A DNA stretch of 45,467 nt from Mageeibacillus sp. UBA5438. Lineage in GTDB: Bacteria; Bacillota; Clostridia; Saccharofermentanales; DTU023. Below are positions 1-7,829 of the stretch, in pieces. The position numbers and the translations under genes are program-made. The notes beneath the pieces were generated by a model, which saw only the letters and a list, made by a program, of their open reading frames with translations, searched no databases and was not told where the DNA came from. The stretch is from contig DIRK01000043.1 in NCBI GenBank assembly GCA_002427535.1, forward strand, positions 1-45,467. The letters run 5' to 3'. Every line of letters starts with the position of its first letter. Position 1 is the first letter of the stretch.

Positions 1-22
1 GGGTTGACTTCTTATAGCTGGT

Positions 23-724
23 CTAGCCATCCAGGGCTTTATCGATGATCAGGTGCGTTAAGAGCGTTTGCTTTTCTTGAAGCGCAGTATCCATGATCGT
101 AATCTCTCCTAAGTCTAAACCCTCCGGCGAATATGAATTGAATAGACGATACTCAAAACCATCCAGAATGAACATTTGCTCGATCCAGTGCTTTGTGGCG
201 GAAGAAGATTCCAAAACACTTATACCAATCCCCCGGTATTGGAGATCGCCATCATTGCTGGGGCTACTGCCTGTCTCAGGCTCTGCCACCACACTGCCAT
301 CCATTTTTTTACCTAAGAGGGAAGCGTTTCCGTAGACATAATAACCAAGTTTTTTTGACAGAAGATCTCTACCGTCAAGTTTTAAATAATACTGAACCTC
401 TTCGTATCCCAGATTGTCTAAATCAGTAAGGACCAGATTTTCTTCGCCGGAAAGCGCTTTTTCAAGCGCTCCAAAAGATGTTAGCTTTTTTTCAAACGCC
501 GGGTAACGGGGCCATCTTAGATAAACAAAGATGGCCACAGCGATGAGGAAAAAAAGTAATACGACAAGGACAATACGAGTTATATTTCGTGGTTTTTTCT
601 TTTGTTTGTATGCCGAATCGTTCCCATAATGCTCCTCCAATCCGATCATCGATCTTCTTTGTTTTCTGGATATCAAATGGCTCTTTGGGAATTGCGTTTT
701 TGGATGAATTTCTGCGCGTCGCAT
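23..724 (-). CDS. hypothetical single-pass membrane protein
   Basis: 233-aa ORF. Basic N-terminus, one hydrophobic helix (IVLVVLLFFLIAVAIFVYL), then a ~160-aa soluble region with no motif I recognise. The true start may be the internal Met at 649. Confidence 0.5.
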   Translation of the reverse strand: MRRAEIHPKTQFPKSHLISRKQRRSMIGLEEHYGNDSAYKQKKKPRNITRIVLVVLLFFLIAVAIFVYLRWPRYPAFEKKLTSFGALEKALSGEENLVLTDLDNLGYEEVQYYLKLDGRDLLSKKLGYYVYGNASLLGKKMDGSVVAEPETGSSPSNDGDLQYRGIGISVLESSSATKHWIEQMFILDGFEYRLFNSYSPEGLDLGEITIMDTALQEKQTLLTHLIIDKALDG

Positions 725-882
725 TCTCTGCTAGTTCACACGGATGGCCTCAGCCTTCCTAATATCAGCTTAGCATGTTCACATATAATATATAAATAAT
801 TCATAAATTGCTTCAATTGTTGAAAGTAGTACGATGGGTTAAGGAGGCGCTTTATGACAGACAGAGACGATTTTGCCCTCAC

Positions 883-1563
883 TTGAATCGACTTACCTCC
901 CAGGAGGCATCTGCTTATGAAGACTTTATAGCGCTCTACACAAAGATGACCTATGCCTATGTGTATGGAATCCTTGGGAATAAAGAAGACGCGGAAGATG
1001 TCGTTCAGGAAGTATTTTTAAAGCTCTACATGTTGGATAAAGAGCAATTTCCAAGCCGAGGTGAAAAATCGTGGTACTACAAGTTCTGCACAAACCTTGC
1101 CCGTGACTACCAGAGGAAAAATAGATTTACAGAAAACCTCGATGAACATATACCCTTTCTTACGGTAGACCATGAAAACATTCAGGCGATTGAGTCCAAA
1201 AGCGCCTACTTTAGCGCGGTGTCGGGACTATCTGAAATCGATAGAAATATTGTGGGTCTGAAAATAGTGGCCGGATTAAAGCACCGTGAAATCGCAAAAA
1301 TACTGGGGAAACCCGAAGGCACCATACGATGGCGCTATATGCGAGCCATCCATTCACTCAGGATCATTTTAGGATCAATGGCGGTGGCCGTCATGTCCTG
1401 GGTGGCACTCTTAACAATGCCGCCACGTGCCACGGTACTCTCCGAACCTGTCCCCCAGGCAAGATTCTTATCCGTGGTTCTCTTTGGCCTCATGGCTTTG
1501 TCAGTCGGTATTATTATCTACCTGTCAGTGGGGTTCACGAGAAGAAAATCCGAGAAACGATAA
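883..1563 (+). CDS. ECF-type sigma-70 family sigma factor with a C-terminal two-TM extension
   Basis: Region 2 (NKEDAEDVVQEVFLKLY) and region 4 HTH (LKHREIAKILGKPEGTIRWRYMRAIHSL) are followed directly by two hydrophobic helices (MAVAVMSWVALLTM; FLSVVLFGLMALSVGIIIYLSVGF). The ORF is open from 808. I favour the TTG at 883, which overlaps the stop of an SD-driven mini-ORF; 808 or 946 are alternative starts. Confidence 0.7.
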   Translation: MNRLTSQEASAYEDFIALYTKMTYAYVYGILGNKEDAEDVVQEVFLKLYMLDKEQFPSRGEKSWYYKFCTNLARDYQRKNRFTENLDEHIPFLTVDHENIQAIESKSAYFSAVSGLSEIDRNIVGLKIVAGLKHREIAKILGKPEGTIRWRYMRAIHSLRIILGSMAVAVMSWVALLTMPPRATVLSEPVPQARFLSVVLFGLMALSVGIIIYLSVGFTRRKSEKR

Positions 1564-1657
1564 TTAGTCCAACAAATAGACCCCTCCGCTGCGTCTTATT
1601 AATAGAGGTATGACTCGAGAACGAAAGACGCTAAAAAGCAAGGTCCGGAGGAGGCTT

Positions 1658-2116
1658 ATGTCAAAATCAAAATGCTCCCGCAATTCTCTCATCGCACTGA
1701 TCGCCGTGCTCCTATTGATCGCAATCTTTGGACTCACCATGCTGACGAAGCGGTCCCCGGTCTATTCCGATTTTCTTGAAGGTGAAGATGTCTCAATTGA
1801 GTACCAATATATCGATTACATGGGCATCCACCATGCGGGGACTGTCGTTGAACGCGCGAAAGTCCAAAACCTTGCGGGCATCTTGAAACGCATTCAAGCT
1901 AGCGACCCTGAACGCATTAGAAAGATTGAGGAACGATCGGGCGCCATTACTTTTATGTTTATTGTGAAGAGCGGAAATGAAAAGCTTCGCTATTCGCTTA
2001 ATGGTCACTATTTGGCGGTAGGAAAAAGGGGGTTATTGAAATCCTATACGATTTACGAACTGCATCAAGAGAACGCCGAGGAATTGATTGCCTTTATGCG
2101 AACAGTGTTTGATTGA
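1658..2116 (+). CDS. hypothetical membrane-anchored protein
   Basis: ATG at 1658 is preceded by GGAGGAGG. N-terminal TM anchor (LIALIAVLLLIAIFGLTML) followed by a ~110-aa soluble domain of unknown function. Confidence 0.55.
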   Translation: MSKSKCSRNSLIALIAVLLLIAIFGLTMLTKRSPVYSDFLEGEDVSIEYQYIDYMGIHHAGTVVERAKVQNLAGILKRIQASDPERIRKIEERSGAITFMFIVKSGNEKLRYSLNGHYLAVGKRGLLKSYTIYELHQENAEELIAFMRTVFD

Positions 2117-2157
2117 GCCTGTTTCTTCCCGCAAACGGATTGGTAATACCGCCTTTA

Positions 2158-2508
2158 TCAGTCGTCAAAAATGGCGTCGTACATCTCCAGTTCATCCACC
2201 CAAGCGTCCACTTCTTTGTACCTATTTTGTTTGACCTGTTGGCGACCCAACTTGCGATAATCTTTGCGCCTCGCCTTTCGCTTGATCTTTTTGAGCTTGT
2301 GAAAAGCTTTGGGGACAAGATGCGCTTCGTAGTCGTAAAAATCCAGGACAATCGCGATGGTTTTTTGCGAAGCATAAAGGGGCACGACGACAGGATCACC
2401 TACCCGAATACTGAGGTCACGCACACGGAAAATCGCTGTCTGCTGAATCGACGGAAAAAGCACACGGGCGTAGCGGACCCAATTACCTTGATAGGCGTGG
2501 TTGGACAT
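2158..2508 (-). CDS. hypothetical protein
   Basis: ORF open to 2523. The ATG at 2508 has a GAAGGA SD about 8 nt upstream. Basic K/R-rich middle region and acidic C-terminus; no recognisable motif. Confidence 0.45.
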   Translation of the reverse strand: MSNHAYQGNWVRYARVLFPSIQQTAIFRVRDLSIRVGDPVVVPLYASQKTIAIVLDFYDYEAHLVPKAFHKLKKIKRKARRKDYRKLGRQQVKQNRYKEVDAWVDELEMYDAIFDD

Positions 2509-2523
2509 ATTTTGTTCCTTCAC

Positions 2524-2832
2524 TTAATAGGCAAAACGCGTATTTTTTACTTTCCATTTTTCCAACGAAATCTGTACCCAAAAAAGATAGATGCCGAATG
2601 TGATGATGCTCAACAAAAGCCACTTGATCCAATGCCCGAATAAACTCAACGCCCTGCCATGAAACTGGAGCCTTCGTCCTTCAATGACCGTATGGTTTAC
2701 TTGCCAGCCGTATACCACACAAAGGGCCCAGGGGTAACAAATGCCGAAGGTTAAGGTCGTGACAAGAAAACCCAAGATACGCCAGCCGATGAGCTGCGCC
2801 AGGCCGCCATCAAAATAAGATTCCATATACAT
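2524..2832 (-). CDS. small DUF898/YjgN-like membrane protein
   Basis: 102 aa with two copies of the hydrophobic T-F-G-I-x-Y-x-W signature (TFGICYPWA, TFGIYLFWV) typical of DUF898 repeats. Its stop abuts the next ORF. Confidence 0.5.
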   Translation of the reverse strand: MYMESYFDGGLAQLIGWRILGFLVTTLTFGICYPWALCVVYGWQVNHTVIEGRRLQFHGRALSLFGHWIKWLLLSIITFGIYLFWVQISLEKWKVKNTRFAY

Positions 2833-2861
2833 ACTGAACCTCCCCCAAAAAGCGTAATCGC

Positions 2862-3377
2862 TTACATTGATTCTAACAGGACCTTTTCAATCTCACCCAC
2901 GTACAAAGAATGGTAACCGCAGCCATCCATGTACCAGGTAGGCAGAATAGAAGAATCGATAAAACCCTCGGGGAGGAGGGGATGCTGGCTGAGTTTTTTA
3001 CAGACAAGCACCGTATCCGCCTCAAGAAAGAAGGGGACCCCTTGATCCTCACAAAGGGTAAAGCCGACATTTTTTATCTTGTTCTCATCCCGGCCCGAGA
3101 CGCTGCCTAAATATTCGAGCTTATCCTGATACTGTTTTCTAAAAAAACACAAGGAAAAATGATCCGCCGCGTCAATGAAGGTTTTGGTAAAACGGGCCTC
3201 TTTCACAAAAATGAAAGCGGCCCGCCTATTCCAAAGCACCCCCATGCCGCCCCAGGAGGCGGTCATGGTGTTGACTTGGTCGCCCTTTTTAGCCGTGATG
3301 AGCATCCAATCCTGCCCGATGGCTTCAAAAGGATCGATCTTCAGTGCTTCGATGTCAATGGATGTAAATGACTTCAT
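2862..3377 (-). CDS. flavin reductase-like (FMN-binding split-barrel) protein
   Basis: The stretch QDWMLITAKKGDQVNTMTASWGGMGVLWNRRAAFIFV resembles the flavin reductase-like domain family. The ATG at 3377 lies 4 nt after the upstream stop. Confidence 0.6.
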   Translation of the reverse strand: MKSFTSIDIEALKIDPFEAIGQDWMLITAKKGDQVNTMTASWGGMGVLWNRRAAFIFVKEARFTKTFIDAADHFSLCFFRKQYQDKLEYLGSVSGRDENKIKNVGFTLCEDQGVPFFLEADTVLVCKKLSQHPLLPEGFIDSSILPTWYMDGCGYHSLYVGEIEKVLLESM

Positions 3378-3381
3378 TGCT

Positions 3382-3900
3382 TTATATAAAGAACGCGCGG
3401 TCTTCTTTACGGGGTGCTGCCTCGGGCGCTTCATTCGGATAGCCCAAAATGCAGTGGCCAACCCCCTCATAGTCACCCGTGATTCCGAGATCTTTCAAGA
3501 TCTCTTTGCCGCGCTCTGACTCAAACTCTTCTTTGGCGCGGTGGACCCAGCAGCTTCCCACGTTAAGCGAGGACGCCGCTAACATCAGGTTGCCCATGAT
3601 GAGGCTTCCGTCACAAGGCGGATTGCCATCCTTTTCACCCAACACAACCAGCACCACCGGCGCGCCGTAGAAAGGATCGTGCCCTTCGTCCTTGCCCGCG
3701 ATCAGGCGGTTCATCTCTGACAATTCGTCTCGGAGCGCTTTATCCGTCACGGCAAGAATAATGCTCTTTTGCCAGCCGTTTGAACTGGCCGCATAAAGAC
3801 CCGCCTCAACGATCTGTTCGATGACTTCTTTCGGGAGCATCTCAGGCTTATAATTTCTAATCGCTCTTCTTTTCTTAATGGCTTCTAAAACTTCGTTCAC
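3382..3900 (-). CDS. nitroreductase family protein
   Basis: N-terminal signature KKRRAIRNYKPEMLPKEVIEQIVEAGLYAASSNGWQ. GTG at 3900 is preceded by GGGAGGA with 9-nt spacing. The ORF-track TTG at 3918 would include the SD itself. Confidence 0.8.
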   Translation of the reverse strand: MNEVLEAIKKRRAIRNYKPEMLPKEVIEQIVEAGLYAASSNGWQKSIILAVTDKALRDELSEMNRLIAGKDEGHDPFYGAPVVLVVLGEKDGNPPCDGSLIMGNLMLAASSLNVGSCWVHRAKEEFESERGKEILKDLGITGDYEGVGHCILGYPNEAPEAAPRKEDRAFFI

Positions 3901-3966
3901 GCTTCTTTTTCCTCCCAATCAAATTTTTAACCACTTCATTTTAATACAAACATGAACCGCGGAAAA

Positions 3967-4440
3967 TTATTTTGTTTTTTTGCAGCCTTGACAGTCACCG
4001 GGACGTTCCCCAGTATTCACAAAATACATGAAGCGGTGAAGGAAGCTGACATCCTCATCCGGACAACCCCGAATAAATTCCACAATGCGCAACAAGCGCT
4101 CCCTTGTCTCAGGTGACAGCTGGTGCTCCATGCGGCAGGCATCCTGCTCTGCGATTGAAGCATCCAGTCCCAACACCTCGTGCAGAAACGCGTACATAAG
4201 TTGGTGGCGCTCGTAGACGTCTTCGGCCACCTTTCGGCCCTTTTTTGTCAGCTCAATATGACCGTATTTTTCTTGTTCGACAAGACCCTTTTCCGACAAT
4301 GTTTTCACCGCCGAGACCACCGAAGGCATCTTGACATCGAGCGCGTGCGCCACATCCTTCACTCTTGCGATTTTTCGCTCGCGGTCAATCACGAGCAAAG
4401 CTTCCAAATAGTCTTCTTCTGACTGTGTGTACTGATTCAA
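3967..4440 (-). CDS. DtxR/MntR-family metal-dependent transcriptional repressor
   Basis: Winged-helix N-terminus (EDYLEALLVI..ARVKDVAHALDVKMPSVVSAVKTLSEKGLV) and dimerisation/metal domain (RHQLMYAFLHEVLG..AEQDACRMEHQLS). It is the last gene of the feo operon. Confidence 0.85.
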   Translation of the reverse strand: MNQYTQSEEDYLEALLVIDRERKIARVKDVAHALDVKMPSVVSAVKTLSEKGLVEQEKYGHIELTKKGRKVAEDVYERHQLMYAFLHEVLGLDASIAEQDACRMEHQLSPETRERLLRIVEFIRGCPDEDVSFLHRFMYFVNTGERPGDCQGCKKTK

Positions 4441-4450
4441 GACATGCCTC

Positions 4451-4714
4451 CTATCGTTGTGCTAAGTAGTCTTTGCCCTTTTGAGAAATCTGAAAGATTT
4501 TCACGATTTCCTTCTGGCAGCTTTTGATAAACGGACAATTTGAACAGGCGACGACACAGTCGGCCCCTGCCTCTTCTTCTAGGATGAAGCCCATACGGAT
4601 CAACTGAGAGATGCCGTCATCGACCAGCGTATCCTCAATATTTAGCTCCCTTGAAATATGAGAACGTGAGATCTTGCGATCCCTCTCGATAATCATTAAA
4701 ATATCTTTTAGCAT
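4451..4714 (-). CDS. FeoC-like winged-helix protein with Cys cluster
   Basis: 87 aa. MLKDILMIIERDRKISRSHISRELNI.. HTH plus CVVACSNCPFIKSC, located immediately downstream of feoB. Confidence 0.7.
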   Translation of the reverse strand: MLKDILMIIERDRKISRSHISRELNIEDTLVDDGISQLIRMGFILEEEAGADCVVACSNCPFIKSCQKEIVKIFQISQKGKDYLAQR

Positions 4715-4728
4715 GACAACGTCCCCCT

Positions 4729-6748
4729 TTAACTAAAGCCCAAAAGTGACCCGATCTGGAAAATCGCCACCGCAAACAACCAGCCGATTGCAAAGGTATA
4801 AAGCGCGAGAAAAAGCGTCCACCCAATAGAGTTAGTCTCCTTTTTCACCGTGCCCAACACCGCCGCGCAAGGCGTGTAAAGGAGCGTCATCACCATGTAG
4901 GAAAGCGCGGTCAATGAAGTAAAATTCTGCTGCAAAGCATTCACCAGCATTGAGCCCTCCTCCACATACTGCCCAGCGTAAAGCATGCCCAGCGTGCCGA
5001 CGACCGCCTCCTTAGCGGGGAGGCCCGCAAAGAGCGCCACTGCCTCCTGCCAAACGCCAAAGCCGGCATAGCGGAAGATGGGGGCGATGAAGGTCCCAAT
5101 CTGTCCCAGGATACTGTGCTGACTGTATGGTTCCACAGAACCCGGCAGAACCGCCAGTACCCATACGAGCGTCACGACCGCAAAGACAGTTGTTCCCGCA
5201 CGCTTCAAAAATCCGTAGACGTTATCCCACATATTGCGCAAAACATTTTTAGCGCCCGGCGTCCGGTAGGGAGGAAGCTCCATGATGAAATAGGACGACT
5301 CCCCCTTGAACAAGGTTTTGCTGAACAATTTGGCCATCAGCATCGCGATTAAGATGCCGAGAAAATAAAGTGAGAATAAAACAATGCCGCCGTGCTCCGG
5401 AAAGAAAGCGGCAATAAAAACAGAGTAAATCGGCAGTTTAGCCCCGCAGGACATGAAAGGATTGATCAGGGTCGTGATCATGCGATCTTTTTTATTATCT
5501 AAGGTTCTCGCCGACATGATACCCGGTACATTGCAGCCAAAGCCGATGATCATGGAGACAAAGGCCTTCCCCTGAAGACCGAATTTGCGCATCAGGTCAT
5601 CCCAGATATAGGCGGCGCGCGCCATATATCCGCTGTCCTCCAAAAAGCCAAGAAGCAAATAAAGCACCGTGATGACCGGCACAAACTCCACCACCGCGCC
5701 CACCCCGTTGATCACCCCGTCCGCCATAAAAGAAATAAGCCAGGCGGGCGCTGACACAAGGGTCAAAAAGCGCTCAAGCCATCCCCCAAACAGCTCCACG
5801 AAGGAGGCGACCGCCCCGCCCAAAAGGTCCTCCCCGATCACAAAGGTCAGTTGGAACACCACAAACATAATGGCGGCGAAAATCGGGATTCCAAAAAATT
5901 TATTGGTCACGAACTTGTCAATCGTATCGCTCAGGGTGATCTTTTGGATTTCCGGCCTGGATACGGTCCCTTTTGCAATCTCATGGGTCAGACGGTAGCG
6001 CGTGTCAATAATTTCCAATTCAAAATTGTCACTTGAATGGTAGCGTGTGAAATTTCGAATTTCTGTTCTTGCTTTTTCACTTAGATCAGATTCGAGAAGT
6101 GATTCAATCAATGCCTGGTCGCCCTCCACCACCTTTAAGGCGACCCAGCGAAGTGGGAAGGGGAGCTGTTCTTCTTTTAAGAATTCTTCAACATGTTCAA
6201 TATGGTGTTCAATGGCCTCGTCGTAGCGAAGTGGGTTTTTCACCACTTCACCTTCGTTTAAGACAAAGACGGCCCTACGGATCAGATCTTCAAGCCCCGT
6301 CCCCTTGGTCGCGACCGTCGGGACAACCGAGATGCCCAATTTCTTGGAAAGCGCCTCGATGTCAAATAGGATATCTTTTTTTTCAGCCTCATCCACCATG
6401 TTGAGCGCAATGACCACCTTTTGACCCATCTCAAGCAACTGGGTGGTCAAGTAGAGATTGCGCTCAAAATTATTGGCGTCCACCACGTCAATAATGACTT
6501 CTGCTTCCTCACTCAAAATGAAATTTCTTGCGATGACCTCATCTTCTGAAAATGCGCCTAAACTGTAAGTACCGGGAAGATCGACGACATGGTATTCTTC
6601 GCCTTCAAATTCAAAAAAACCCTCCTTTTTTTCCACCGTCACCCCCGGCCAGTTGCCGACATAGTGATTGGCGCCCGTGAGCGCATTAAAAAAAAGAGGT
6701 TTTGCCACTGTTGGGGTTTCCGACAAGTGCGATCGTGCCCTTACGCAT
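4729..6748 (-). pseudogene. feoB: ferrous iron transporter FeoB, reading frame interrupted in an A8/T8 homopolymer
   Basis: The ATG at 6748 encodes MRKGTIALVGNPNSGKTSFF and then hits TAA at 6686-6688. The rest of FeoB (..LFFNALTGANHYVGNWPGVTVEKKEG.. plus the permease domain) continues in the +1 frame as ORF 4729-6726. The frames are joined across the 8-A run at 6688-6695. Confidence 0.9.
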
Positions 6749-6980
6749 GCCCGTTGTCCTCGATGTCAAGATTGATCTTTCCGGCTAAACCGCGACCTAA
6801 TGCCACCTTGTTGCCGGCCAAGCAGACGATCACGGGGCCCGCGTCATTTTTCACGACGGTCACAGGAGCGCCCGTGTTAAGCCCCATTTCATAGAGTCTT
6901 CTTGTGGCCGATTTCCCCGCGTCAATGAGCTTGACTTTACCGGTGTCACCGCGTTTTAGCATTAAAAGGTTTTTCAGCAT
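6741..6980 (-). CDS. feoA: FeoA family protein
   Basis: 79 aa SH3-like FeoA signature (LKRGDTGKVKLIDAG..RRLYEMGLNTGAPVTVV). Its stop overlaps the feoB ATG (ATGCGTAA). Confidence 0.9.
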   Translation of the reverse strand: MLKNLLMLKRGDTGKVKLIDAGKSATRRLYEMGLNTGAPVTVVKNDAGPVIVCLAGNKVALGRGLAGKINLDIEDNGHA

Positions 6981-7011
6981 AAGGGGCAGTCTCCTTTAAG
7001 GACTTCTAATA

Positions 7012-7031
7012 AAGTTAGGGCTTTCTAACTT
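7012..7031. promoter_or_regulatory. palindromic operator candidate (AAGTTAG-N6-CTAACTT) just downstream of the feoA -10
   Basis: Perfect 7-bp inverted repeat with TTAG/CTAA half-sites reminiscent of DtxR/IdeR-type boxes. It sits between the -10 and the feoA SD. Confidence 0.5.
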
Positions 7032-7036
7032 ACATG

Positions 7037-7065
7037 ATCATATGCCTTTTTGAAGGCGCTGTCAA
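7037..7065 (-). promoter_or_regulatory. sigma-A type promoter of the feoA operon
   Basis: On the minus strand: TTGACA (7065-7060), 17-nt spacer, TATGAT (7042-7037). It lies about 57 nt upstream of the feoA ATG. Confidence 0.6.
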
Positions 7066-7135
7066 TGCCATAAAAACGTGTCTTTTGTGCTAGATTAAAA
7101 CTCATCGTACAAAACAAAAAGAGAGAGAAACAATT

Positions 7136-7813
7136 GTGATTCCCTATACCCTAATCCGCGCTAAAAGGAAAACTGTTTGCTTGAAAATGGTCGAAGGAAA
7201 GCTCGAAGTGCGAGCGCCTCACCATGTGCCCATCTCTTTTATTGAGGATCTTATTCGTGAAAAGGACGGATGGATCCGAGAACATTTAGAAAACTTTAAG
7301 GCGCTCCAACAGACACGAGCGTCCCATACACTCAACTACGGCGACACGATCTCCTATATGGGGACGCCCTATACCATTGAGCCGCGTTTTGGCGCGTATA
7401 TCGGCTGGGATCTCGATTTGCATCTGTTCTATGTCCCCAGTGATTTGAACAGCGAACAAATCAGGCAAGCCATCATCCAGATCTTACGCAGTCTGGGGCA
7501 GGTGAGCATGACTCTAAAAGCCATCGACTGGTCCATTAAAATGGGCGTAAAATTCAATCAGGTCAAAATAACAGGCGCCCAAACACGCTGGGGAAGTTGC
7601 TCCTCATTAGGAAATTTGAACTTTTCCTGGCGGCTGCTCCTAGCCGATGAAGCCCTCATCGACTACATCGTCGTGCACGAATTGGCACACTTAAAAGAAA
7701 TGAACCATCAGGAGGGCTTTTGGGCGATTGTGAAAGACGTTATGCCTGACTATCAGGTGAGGGAAGCGCAATTAAAGCGCTTTCGTGCGACAATAGATCA
7801 AGAAGGCTGGTAG
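7136..7813 (+). CDS. YgjP-like (DUF45/M48-family) metal-dependent hydrolase
   Basis: C-terminal signature RWGSCSS.GNLNFSWRLL....IDYIVVHELAHLKEMNH (HExxH). GTG start. Confidence 0.8.
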   Translation: MIPYTLIRAKRKTVCLKMVEGKLEVRAPHHVPISFIEDLIREKDGWIREHLENFKALQQTRASHTLNYGDTISYMGTPYTIEPRFGAYIGWDLDLHLFYVPSDLNSEQIRQAIIQILRSLGQVSMTLKAIDWSIKMGVKFNQVKITGAQTRWGSCSSLGNLNFSWRLLLADEALIDYIVVHELAHLKEMNHQEGFWAIVKDVMPDYQVREAQLKRFRATIDQEGW

Positions 7814-7829
7814 ATCAAGGAGGTGTTCC

